From: an uncultured delta proteobacterium
Lineage (GTDB): Bacteria > Desulfobacterota > Binatia > Binatales > Binataceae
DNA: 64,000 nt
Direction of reading: 5' to 3'
Assembly (NCBI GenBank): GCA_963805315.1
Contig: CAWDTQ010000010.1
Coordinates: 84,114-148,113 of the forward strand
How positions within the stretch are numbered: position 1 is the first letter of the stretch; the number at the start of each line of letters is the position of its first letter. The position numbers and the translations under genes are program-made. The notes under the pieces were generated by a model. It saw nothing but the letters and a program-made list of their open reading frames with translations, searched no databases and was not told the DNA's origin. Below, piece by piece: positions 7,389-18,320 of the stretch.

Positions 7389-10268
7389 GTGTTCAAAACC
7401 GGATTCTGGAAACTTGCCGCGCCGTGCCTGCTGATCGTCGCCGCTGCCGTTGCCACCCCGTCGATCGCGATGCAGGGTGACACGATCGCCGACATCGTGC
7501 TGGGCGAGCCGAATTTTTCCGACAATCCTCAGAACTTCATCAGCGCCCGCGGCCTTCACGGTCCTATCGCGGTGGCGATCGATGCGAGCGTGGTTCCGAA
7601 CCGCCTTTACGTCGCCGACAGCACGAACAACCGCATACTGGGTTACAAAGATGTAACCTCCTTGATGAACGGCAGCCTGGCCGATTTGGTGATTGGGCAG
7701 CCCGCCTTTTCTTCAAACGGGTGCAACACCGGCGGGTTGAGCGCCGCCAGCCTGTGCGTGCCTGACGGGGTTGCGGTGGACGCCGGCGGCAACCTGTACG
7801 TTACCGATAGCGAGAACAGCCGCGTGCTCGAGTACACCAGTCCGTTCGCTGGATGCGGCTCGTTCCCCTGCGTGGGCGCACCCGCAAGCCGGGTCTTCGG
7901 CCAAGGCGGAAGCTTCACCACCGCCGCCTGTAACACCGGCGGCATAAGCGCGAACAGCCTATGCGTCCCGTTCGGGGTTGCATTGGATGCCGCTGGCAAT
8001 CTCTACGTCTCGGATTCGGGCAATAGCCGCGTGCTTGAATACAACACTCCGCTTACGACCGACACAACTGCCGACAAAGTCTTCGGGCAAGGAGGAAACT
8101 TTTCTTCCGGCTCATGCGACGGCATCGGCGTCAGCGCGGACAGCCTCTGCGACCCTGCCGGAATCGCACTCGACGGCTCCAGCGATCTCTACATCGCCGA
8201 CGCCAGCAACAACCGCGTACTCGAATACAACACTCCGCTCAACTCCAATACGACTGCGGATACCGTCTTCGGGCAACTGGGCAGCTTCAATTCAAGCGTT
8301 TGCCGGGACGGCGGTTCGCCCTCAAGCAGCAATCTGTGCGCGCCTTCCGGCGTTGTGGTGGACAGCCGCAACAACGTCTACATCGCGGACTACATGGACA
8401 ACCGCGTACTCGAATACGCTAGTCCGCTCACCACCGACACCGTCGCAGACAAAGTGGTTGGCCAGTTCAATTTCTCCACCATCAATTTCAGCGGTTCCAA
8501 TGCAGAAAGCCTCTTCGCACCAGCAGGTCTCGCGCTGGACAGTAGCGGAAATCTGTACGTGGCCGACTATCGCGAGAACCGCGTGCTCCAATACAGGACG
8601 CCACTTCCGGTCAGCGGTGGTTTCGCCCATTTTGCCATCGGTCAGAACACCCTTTCCACTAACGTTATAAACACCGGTGTCACCACTTCTAGCTCCATCT
8701 ACTATCCCGCTTCCGTTGCGATTGACACCAGCGTTGTCCCCAACCGCCTCTATGTCGCCGACCAGTCGAACAGCAGAGTATTGGGCTGGAGAGATCTAAC
8801 GGCGCTTTCAAACAACGAGCCGGCTGACTTGGTGATCGGTCAGCCCGACTTTGTATCGTCGACCTGCGATAACGGTGGGCCTAGCGCTAGTAGTCTCTGC
8901 AACGCCAGCGACCTTGCCGTAGACGGCAGCGGCAACCTCTATGTCGGAGACAACGGCAATGCCCGCGTGCTCGAATACAACACGCCATTCGCGGCATGCA
9001 GTTCATTTCCGTGTGTTGGCGGTTCCGCCAATCTGGTATTAGGGCAGAGCAGCTTCACCGTCGGAATTTGCGACAACGGCGGTGTGACTGCGGCCACTAT
9101 GTGCGTCCCCGCCGGCCTGGCGACGGACTCCGCAGGCAACCTGTACGTTAGCGATGCCACCAACCATCGCGTGCTCGAGTTCAACGCGCCGCTGACTAGC
9201 GGTATGACCGCATCGATGGTGTTCGGCCAGGGCGGCAGTTTCACCTCGCATAGCTGCAACAACGGAGGTACGAACGCCGCTAGCCTGTGCGGACCCAATG
9301 GCCTCGCGGTGGATACCAGCGGCAATCTGTTTGTCGCCGACACCAGCAACTGCCGCGTCCTCGAATACGACAGCCCGCTTACCACCGACACGGTCGCGGA
9401 TCAGGTCTTCGGTCAGCCTGATTTTGTCTCCAGTACGTGCAACAACGGCGGGACCAGCGCCAGCAGCCTGTTTTTCCCGTTTGGAATCGGGCTGGATACC
9501 AGCGGCGATCTTTATATAGCCGACAACGACAACAATCGCGTGCTCGAGTACAACAATCCGCTAACTAACAATGCCGCAAATCTAGTGTTCGGACAGTCCG
9601 GAAACGTCACCTCTGGTACTTGCAATAACGGCGGAGTGAGTGCGAGCAGCCTCTGCGGTCCACTGGATGTAAGGGCGGACTCCAACGGCAATATCTACAT
9701 CGCCGACGCTCTCAACGGTCGCGTACTCGAATACGACCAGCCGCTGGCAACCCCAACGCCAACTCCAACGGCGACCGCAACTGCCACCGCGACGGCGACC
9801 GACGCGTCAACCGCAACTGCGACCGCCACCGCCACAGATACAACGACCGCGACTGCCACGGCTACCGCCACCGCGACGCCGACTGCTACACCTACGCCGA
9901 CCGGCGAAGGCCTCGAGGAGCTGGTAGTCAATCCCTCCCCACCTTCCAAACTCAACTTCGGCACCGTTAGCGTCGGCACCACCAGCGCCTCGCAGACCGC
10001 CACGATAACCAACGAATTCAACGACGACACGGTCGACTTCTTCGCAACCTTTCTGATGGCGAACTTCGTCGAGACCGGCAGCACCTGCAGTTCTTCGTTG
10101 GGACCCCTGCAATCGTGTCAGGTCGATTTCGCATGCAAACCGAAGACGACAGGGTCCATCATCGGAGCCTATGCGTTCCTGTATAGCTCCGTGGAGATAG
10201 CTGGACTTCGCGATGGCGACGATTACCTAAAGATCGGCGTAGCCCAGTTCACCTGCACCGGCAGCTAG
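7389..10268 (+). CDS. Secreted NHL-repeat protein (12 repeats) with Thr/Ala linker and C-terminal Ig-like domain
   Basis: Repeats of SLCxPxG(V/L)A(V/L)DxxGNLYVADxxNxRVLEY; TPTPTATAT linker; LNFGTVSVG Ig domain. Confidence 0.85.
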   Translation: MFKTGFWKLAAPCLLIVAAAVATPSIAMQGDTIADIVLGEPNFSDNPQNFISARGLHGPIAVAIDASVVPNRLYVADSTNNRILGYKDVTSLMNGSLADLVIGQPAFSSNGCNTGGLSAASLCVPDGVAVDAGGNLYVTDSENSRVLEYTSPFAGCGSFPCVGAPASRVFGQGGSFTTAACNTGGISANSLCVPFGVALDAAGNLYVSDSGNSRVLEYNTPLTTDTTADKVFGQGGNFSSGSCDGIGVSADSLCDPAGIALDGSSDLYIADASNNRVLEYNTPLNSNTTADTVFGQLGSFNSSVCRDGGSPSSSNLCAPSGVVVDSRNNVYIADYMDNRVLEYASPLTTDTVADKVVGQFNFSTINFSGSNAESLFAPAGLALDSSGNLYVADYRENRVLQYRTPLPVSGGFAHFAIGQNTLSTNVINTGVTTSSSIYYPASVAIDTSVVPNRLYVADQSNSRVLGWRDLTALSNNEPADLVIGQPDFVSSTCDNGGPSASSLCNASDLAVDGSGNLYVGDNGNARVLEYNTPFAACSSFPCVGGSANLVLGQSSFTVGICDNGGVTAATMCVPAGLATDSAGNLYVSDATNHRVLEFNAPLTSGMTASMVFGQGGSFTSHSCNNGGTNAASLCGPNGLAVDTSGNLFVADTSNCRVLEYDSPLTTDTVADQVFGQPDFVSSTCNNGGTSASSLFFPFGIGLDTSGDLYIADNDNNRVLEYNNPLTNNAANLVFGQSGNVTSGTCNNGGVSASSLCGPLDVRADSNGNIYIADALNGRVLEYDQPLATPTPTPTATATATATATDASTATATATATDTTTATATATATATPTATPTPTGEGLEELVVNPSPPSKLNFGTVSVGTTSASQTATITNEFNDDTVDFFATFLMANFVETGSTCSSSLGPLQSCQVDFACKPKTTGSIIGAYAFLYSSVEIAGLRDGDDYLKIGVAQFTCTGS

Positions 10269-10371
10269 AACTCACTCAACGCCGACGAGTACGGCGACGC
10301 CGCCAGCATCACAATGTCACCCTCACCGGCACCGGCTCGTGAGTTAGTGGAGGGCAAAATAAGTTCTAACA

Positions 10372-10455
10372 GGGGCGAAGCCCCGCATCTTTCCGGATAC
10401 TGGGTGCAGGGGTCACCCCTGCCCAGGGAAGTGTGAAACCCACGGCGGGTTTCAC
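10372..10455 (+). repeat. Family-1 triple-hairpin REP-like element, copy A
   Basis: ggggcgaagcccc / gcaggggtcacccctgc / gtgaaaccc-N5-gggtttcac; same 84-bp layout at 18116 and 20529. Confidence 0.9.
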
Positions 10456-10563
10456 ATTAGATGAAGTGATCTACCCTTCCCCGATCCGCTGGCGTCACGC
10501 TCGCAACTACTTTCAGCTCAAATTGGATATCTATAAAAGGTTGTTTCTCTTTTCAAGAGCTAT

Positions 10564-10592
10564 TTGACTTAAGATTAGCGTAATGGTATCTA
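10564..10592 (+). promoter_or_regulatory. Putative sigma70-type promoter of the first FG-GAP gene
   Basis: TTGACT-N17-TATCTA; the paralogous leader has TTGACT-N17-TAGCTT at 14797-14825. Confidence 0.4.
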
Positions 10593-10679
10593 AGAGTCAG
10601 ATATTTGCGACTAGCCAACCCTTGAGTCGCTTCTGAAACGCCGCGAAGGGGAATGCACTGCTGGTCGGGGGGCATTCGC

Positions 10680-13600
10680 GTGAAGCATAAGAGCCTGACA
10701 GCGACGATGGTATTGCTTGGGGGGGCCATTGCGTTTTCAGTGTGGGCCGATCCAACTGCGCTGAGTATCTCGAACGCCGGCGTTACTGTTACCGGCAGCT
10801 CGTCAACAACCCTTGATTTTCCGATCTCGCGCAGCGGCGATATCAGCTACGACGCCTTCGTTCAATACCAGACGCAGGATGGCACCGCGCTCGCCGGGAC
10901 CGACTACACATCGGCGATGGGGTCGATCGTGATTCCAGCCGGCAAGACCAGCGCGACGATTCCGGTGACGGTCGCCGGCGGTAGCGGCAACCCTCCTGAC
11001 AAAAACTTCCAGATGCTGTTGATGGGCGGCGGGGGTGCGGGAATGGGCTTCACCCCCAGCTTCGCCACGCAGCAGACCTTCGCCGTCGGCAGTGGCCCGC
11101 AGTCGGTGACGATGGCCGATGTCAACGGCGATGGCTTGCCCGATCTCGTCGTCGCAAACGAGAACGACAGCACGGTCTCTGTGCTGCTCAACACCACCCC
11201 CCCGGGTGCCGTCACGCCCAGCTTCGCCACGCAACAGACCTTCAGCACACCCGGCGGTCCGGTGTCGGTGACGGCGGCGGACGTCAACGGCGACGGCCGG
11301 CCCGACCTGATCGTCGCAAATTCGTCCCCGCCTGGCACGGTCTCGGTGCTGCTCAACACCACCGCTCCGGGCGCCACCACGCCCAGCTTTGCCACCCAGC
11401 AGACCTTTGCTGTGGGTAGCGCCCCCTTCTCGGTGACGGCAGCTGACGTTAACGGCGACGGCAAACCAGACCTGGTCGTGGCGAATCTCGACGACAGCAC
11501 GATCTCGGTACTGCTCAACACCACCGCCGCTGGAGCGGCCACGCTCAGCTTCGCCACTCAGCGGACCTTTGCCACGGGCGACGTGACGGGCGGCGAGCCG
11601 TTCTCAGTGACAGTGGCCGACGTCAACGGCGACGGCAAACCAGACATGATCGTGGCGAATTCGCTCGACAGCACGATCTCGGTTCTGCTCAACACCACCG
11701 CTTCGGGCGCGGCCACGCCCAGCTTCGCAACTCAGCAGACCTTTGCCACGGCTTTATCCCCGGTGTCGGTGGCGGTGGCCGACGTCAACGGCGATGGCAG
11801 GCCCGACCTGATCGCGGCGAACCGGGACGACAACACGGTCTCGGTGCTGCTCAACACCACCGCTCCGGGCGCTACCACACCCAGCTTTGCTACCCAGCAG
11901 ACCTTTGCTGCAGGCAGTGCCCCCTTCTCGGTAACGGCGGCTGACGTCAACGGTGACGGCAAGCCTGACCTGATCGTGACGAATTTCAGCGACAACACGG
12001 TTTCGGTGCTGCTCAACACCACCGCCCCGGGCGCCGCTTCCCCCAGCTTCACCAGACAGCAGACCTTTGCCACGGGTACCAACCCGCGCTCGGTGACGGC
12101 GACCAACGTCAACGGCGACGGCAAGCGCGATCTGATCGTTATTAATGAGGGTGACAACTCGGTCTCGGTGCTGCTCAACACCACTCCAGCCCCTGCGACG
12201 ACCTTAGGCGCCAACAGCTTCGCCACCCAGCAGACTTTCGATACGGGCAGCACGCCGTACTTGGTGACGGCCGCCAACGTCAACAGCGACGGCAAGCCCG
12301 ACCTGATCGTCGCGAATTTCAGCGACAACACGGTCTCGGTGCTGCTCAACACCACCGCCCCGGGCGCCATTGCCACTAGCTTCACCACCCAGCAGACCTT
12401 CGCCACGGGCAACTTTCCGCAGTCAGTTGCGGCTGCCGACCTCAACGGCGACGGCAGGCCCGACCTCATCGTGGCCAATGGGGGCGACAACACTGTATCA
12501 GTGCTGCTCAACACCACCGCTCCGGGCGCCACCACCCCCGGCTTCGCCACCGAGCAGGCCTTCACCACGGGCACCGAGCCGGTCTCGGCGACGGCCGCCG
12601 ATGTCAACGGCGACGGCAGGCCCGACCTGATCGTCGCGAATTCCACCGGCAATTCGGTCTCGGTTCTGCTCAACACCACCGCGCCGGGCGCGACCACGCC
12701 CAGCTTCGCCACCCAGCAGGCCTTTGCTGCGGGCAGCTTCCCGGAGTCAGCGACGGTGGCCGACGTAAACGGCGACGGCAAGCCCGACCTTATCGTCCCG
12801 AATGAAGGCGACAACACTGTCTCGGTGCTGCTCAACACCACTGCCCCGGGCGCCACCACCCCCAGCTTCGCCCCCCAGCAACCCTTTGCAACGGGTTTGA
12901 CCCCATTCTCTGTAATAGCAGCCGACGTCAACGGCGACGGCAAGCCCGATCTGATCGTGGCGAACACGGGCGACAACACGGTCTCGGTGCTGCTCAACAC
13001 CACCGCCCCGGGGGCGGCCACGCCCAGCTTCGCCACCCAGCAGACCTTCGCTGTTGGCGGCGGGCCGATCTCGGTGACCGCGGCGGAAGTCAACGGCGAT
13101 GGTAGGCCCGACCTCATCGTGGCGAATGAGTTCGACAACACGGTCTCGGTGCTGCTCAACACCACCGCCACGGGCGCCATCACGCCCAGCTTTGCCACCC
13201 AGCAGACCTTTGCTGTGGGCGCCAACCCGACTTGGGTGACGGCGGCCGACGTCAACGGCGACGGCAAGCCCGACCTGATCGTCACGAATGGAGCCGACAA
13301 CACGGTCTCCATGCTGCTCAACAGCCTGTACGCGGCCACCCTGTCTGGCAGCCCGGCAACCGGAACAATCCATTACAGCATGCCGCCAACGACCGCTTCG
13401 CTGTTGGCGCTTGCCTTCGGCAACGTTCCGGTTGAGGACACGGTCACTAGGAACATCACGGTCAGAAACACCGGCCACGCGCCACTTTACGTCGGCAACG
13501 TAACCTCGAGCGATGCTGAATTCGCAATCACGGGCGCCACTACGTGTCCCAGGGCGGACTCGCGCCCGGTCTGACCTGCACTATTGCGGTCAGCTTCACG

Positions 13601-14653
13601 CCGAGCGGGCTCGGGCCACATAGCGCGACGCTGTCGGTCACCGACAACACCGCGAGCAGTCCGCAGCATGTGGCGGCCAGCGGCACCGGCACCGCCGACA
13701 TGACGGTCGCGCCCGCGAGTTACGGGTTCGGCAGCGTCAAGGACGGCTCCAAGGCGGTCAAGGCGATCGTCGTGCACAACTATCAGACCAACCCGGTCTC
13801 GCTCAGTGAAAACTTCAGCGGACCCAACGCCGGCGATTTCTCGATCACCGGGGGTACCTGCACCGCGACCCTGGCCTCGAAGACAGTTTGTACGCTGGTC
13901 GTTACTTTCGCGCCAACATCTACCGGCACCGAATCGGCGACCATGACGGTTACCGACAGCCCCGATCCGCTCGGTCCGTACACGGTCTCATTCAGCGCGT
14001 CGGCAACCATTCCAGAATCGCTGTCGGCGCCGAAGTTGATCTTCGGCTATGTCTACCAGACGGCGTCCAAGACGTTGAACATCACTCTTACCAATAAGGC
14101 CACCAGCGGCGCGATCACGCTCACCGGAACGAACATCGGCGGCGCCAACTCAGGCGACTTCGCCGTGACGGGCGGGACATGCACCGGCACGCTGGCGGCG
14201 TCGTCGAGCTGCACCTACGCGCTGACGTTTACTCCGACCGAGACGGCGGAGAGCGGCACGCTTTCAATCGGCGTCGCGGAAGATCCCAATGGCGGCCCCC
14301 CGGCAGTCGGCCTGAGCGGAACCGGATTGGTGCCGCTTAGGGTAGTCCCGGCGAGCATCGCTTTCGGCACCGTCGCAGGCGGCCATTCCTCGATCAACAG
14401 GACCGTGACGGTGATCAACAGCGGCGGCGGATCGGTTTCATTGAGCGAGAGCGTCACCGGCGCCAACTTCGCCGACTTCGCGGTGACGGGAGGGACGTGC
14501 AATGGCACATTGGCGGGTGGCGGCGCATCATGCACCTATCTGCTGAAGTTCGCCCCGAGCATCGTCGGCGCCGAGAGCGCGACGCTCGGCGTCACCGCCG
14601 CCAGCGATGCAGCCAGCCCCCACAACGTAACCCTGACAGGCACCGGTAACTAG
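10680..14653 (+). CDS. Secreted Calx-beta plus 14 FG-GAP repeat protein with three C-terminal Ig-like domains; frameshift ~13555
   Basis: 14 x DVNGDG(K/R)PDLIVAN..NTVSVLLNT; Calx-beta YQTQDGTALAGTDY; ORFs 10653-13574 and 13544-14653 join; GTG 10680 matches the paralog start. Confidence 0.8.
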
Positions 14654-14672
14654 CCGGCTATCCCGATGACGA

Positions 14673-14705
14673 AACCGCCGGAGCGAATCAATCGCTCCGG
14701 CGGTT
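14673..14705 (+). terminator. Stem-loop, likely terminator
   Basis: aaccgccggagcga-atcaa-tcgctccggcggtt, 20 bp after the stop codon. Confidence 0.7.
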
Positions 14706-14916
14706 CAAGCCATACCTATCTGCCGGCGCGCCGCTTGGAACTACTTTCAGCTATAATTCGATACCTATAAGTCGTTTTTTCGTTTACAAGAGCTATTTGA
14801 CTTAATGCTAACGCGTCAGTAGCTTACGCCTCCAATATCTGCGACTAGTCCAGCCTCGGGTCGCTTCTGAAACGCTGCGAACGGGGGAATGCGCAGCTAG
14901 TCGGGGGGGAATTCGC

Positions 14917-17900
14917 GTGAGACATAAGAGCCTAACGGCGACGATACTGCTGCTCGCAGTGGGGATTGCGTTTTCGGTGTGGGGCGATCCCACCTCGATC
15001 AGCATATCGAACGGCAGCGCTACGGTAACCAGCAGTTCTTCAACCACACTTGATTTTCCAATCTCGCGCAGCGGCGATACCAGCTACGACGCCTTCGTTC
15101 AGTATCAGACTTTAGACGGCACCGCGATCGCCGGGACCGACTACACAGCGGCGAGCGGGTCGATTGTGATTCCGGCCGGCACGACCAGCTCGATGATTCC
15201 GGTGACGGTCGCCGGCAGCAACAGCAATTCCCCGACAAAACTTTTCAGATGCTATTGCTGGGCGGCGGCGGTGCAGCGAGGAGCTTCACGCCCAGCTTCG
15301 CCACCCAGCAGACCTTCGCCACGGGCAGCGTTCCGAAATCGGTGACGGCGGCGGACGTGAATGGTGACGGCAAACCCGACCTGATAGTCCGAATCTACGA
15401 CAGCAACACGGTTTCGGTGCTGCTCAACACCACCGCCCCGGGCGCCGCCACGCCCAGCTTCGCTACCCAGCAGACCTTCGCTGTTGGCAGCGAACCGCAA
15501 TTCGGTGACGGTGGCGGACATCAACGGCGACGGCAAGCCCGACCTGATCGTGGCGAACGAGGGTAGCAACACGGTCTCGGTGCTGCTCAACACCACCGCC
15601 CCGGGGGCCAGCCACGCCGAGCTTCGCCACCCAGCAGACTTTCGCCACGGGCAGCAGCCCGATTTCGGTGACGGCGGCCGACGTCAACGGCGACGGCAAG
15701 CCCGACCTGATCGTCGCGAATGCTAACGACAACACCGTATCGGTGCTGCTCAACACCACCGCGCCGGGTGCCAGCACCGCCAGCTTCGCGCCCAGCAGAC
15801 TTCGCCACTGGCAGCGAGCCCGCGGTCGGTGACGGCGGCGGACGTCAATGGCGACGGCAAGCCCGACCTGATCGTCGCGAACCAAACCGGCAACACGCGT
15901 CTCGGTGCTGCTCAACACCACCGCCCCGGGCGCCAGCCACACCCAGCTTCGCCGCCCAGCAAACCTTTGCCACCGGCAGGACCCGATTCTGTGATGGCGG
16001 CAGACGTCAACGGCGACGGCAAGCCCGACCTGATCGTAGCGAATCAAATCGGCACAGTTTCAGTGCTGCTCAACACCACCGCTCCCGGTGCGCCACGCCC
16101 AGCTTCGCCACTCAGCAGACCTTTACGACGGGCAGCACTCCGGTGTCGGTGACAACTGGCAGACCTCAACGGCGACGGCAAGCCGGACCTGATCACGGCC
16201 AACGCCGGCGGCAACACGGTCTCAGTGCTGCTCAACACCACTCGCGCCGACGGCGCCGACGCGCCTAGCTTCGCCACCCAGCAGACCTTCGCCACGGGCA
16301 GCGAGCCGCGCTCGGTGACGGTGGCCGACGTCAACGGCGACGGCAAGCCTGACCTGATCGTCGCGAATTACGCGAGCAACACGGTCTCGGTGCTGCTCAA
16401 CACCACCGCCCGCGCCGACGACGCCTTTGACGGCAATAGCTTCGCCACCCAGCAGACCTTCGCCACGGGCAACGATCCGGACTCGGTGACGGCGGCCGAC
16501 GTCAACGGCGACGGCAAGCCCGACCTGATCGTGGCGAATTCGGTACCGGCTGCGGCAACACGGTATCGGTGCTCCTCAACACCACCGCCCCAGGCGCCGC
16601 CACGCCCAGCTTCGCCACCCAGCAGACTTTTGCCACAGGCACCGGCCCGTCTTCGGTGACAGCTGCCGACATCAACGGCGACGGCAAACCCGACCTGATC
16701 GTAGCGAATTTGGAAGCCCCCAACACGGTGTCGGTGCTACTCAACACCACCGCCCCGGGAGCTACCACCCCCAGCTTCGCCACTCAGCAGACCTTTGCCA
16801 CAGGCAACAATCCAAGCTCAGTGACGGCGGTCGACGTAAACGGCGACGGCAGACCGGACCTAATCGTTGCGAACGGATTTGACTCCACGGTCTCGGTGCT
16901 GCTCAACACCACCGCCCCGGGTGCTGCCACGCTCAGCTTCGCCGCCCAGCACACCTTTGCTACGGGCAGTTTCGACCACCCGTTCTCGGTGACGGCAGCC
17001 GACGTCAACGGAGACGGCAAGCCCGACCTGATCGTTGCGGATGAAACCGCCACTGGTACGGTCTCGGTGCTGCTCAACACCACGGTGCCGGGAGCCACCA
17101 CTCCCAGCTTCGCCACCCAGCAGACTTTTGCCGTAGGCAGCTACGCGGCCTCGGTGACGGCGGCGGACGTCAACGGCGACGGCAAGCTGGACCTGATCGT
17201 CGCGAACGAAAACGACAGCACCGTATCGGTACTGCTCAACACGACGGCCCCGGGTGTCACCGCGCCCAGCTTCGCGACAGAGCAGACCTTCTCCACGGGC
17301 AGTTCCCCGACAGCGGTGACGATCGCCGACATCAACGGCGACGGCAAGCCCGACCTCATCGTGGCGAATGTGCTAGGCGGCACGGTCTCGGTGCTGCTCA
17401 ACAACCTGTACGGCACCAATCTGTCCGGCAGCCCGGCGACCGGAACAATCCACTACAGCGTACCGACGCCAACACCGACCGCGACCGCCACAGCTACTGC
17501 GACGGCCACTGCCACATCGACGGCCACCGCAACCGCAACGCCCACAGCTACTGCAACCGCCACGGCAACTGCTGTCGCGACCTCGACCGCCACCGCGACG
17601 GCCACCCCAACAGCCACGGTGACGCCGACTGCTACGCCTACGCCGACCGGTGAAGGCCTGGAGGAGCTGGTAGTCAATCCCTCACCCCCCTCCAAACTCA
17701 ACTTCGGCACCGTCAGCGTCGGCACCACCAGCGCCCCGCAGACCGCTACGATAACCAACGAATTCAACGACGACACGGTCGACTTCTTCGGGACCTTTCT
17801 CATGGCGAACTTCGTCAAGACCGGCAGCACCTGCGGTGCTAGTTTGGGACCCCTGCAATCGTGTCAGGTCATTTCGCATGCAAGCCGAAGACTACCGGCT

Positions 17901-18013
17901 CTCTCATCGGAGCCTATGCGTTCCTGTACAGCTCCGCGGAGATAGCTGGACTTCGCGATGGCGACGATTACCTAAAGATCGGCGTAGTCCAATTCACCTG
18001 CACTGGCGATTGA
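14917..18013 (+). CDS. Paralogous Calx-beta/FG-GAP protein with Thr/Ala linker and single Ig-like domain; many frameshifts (pseudogene or read errors)
   Basis: ORF fragments 14917, 15249, 15484, 15829, 16225, 16569 all carry the same FG-GAP unit; the C-terminus matches the NHL gene and ends GVVQFTCTGD at TGA 18011-18013. Confidence 0.7.
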
Positions 18014-18115
18014 AACTATTCAACGCCGACGAGTACAGCGACGCGGCCAGCCCGCACAACGTCACCCTCACCGGCACCGGCTCGTGAGTCAGTGGAGGCA
18101 AAATAAGTTCTAACA

Positions 18116-18199
18116 GGGGCGAAGCCCCGCATCTTTCCGGATACTGGGTGCAGGGGTCACCCCTGCCCAGGGAAGTGTGAAACCCACGGAGGGTTTCAC
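18116..18199 (+). repeat. Family-1 REP-like element, copy B
   Basis: Near-identical to 10372-10455. Confidence 0.9.
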
Positions 18200-18320
18200 A
18201 TTAGATGAAGTGATCTCCCCTTCCCCCTCCCTGCCCTGCCATTTTTCCTTTGCTCATTCACCTGCTAATGTTCACCCCGAAAATCGCCCCACCGTCGGTA
18301 CCGGAAAGGAGAACGCGACC

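Noticed and set aside
13540-13575. Programmed ribosomal frameshifts here and at other broken genes
   Set aside because: No consistent slippery heptamer or downstream structure seen; scattered single-base indels are better explained by read error or decay.
11050-17400. Regular ~170-bp repeats resembling a CRISPR or other array
   Set aside because: They are coding FG-GAP repeats with synonymous variation; no constant repeat/unique spacer structure and no cas genes.
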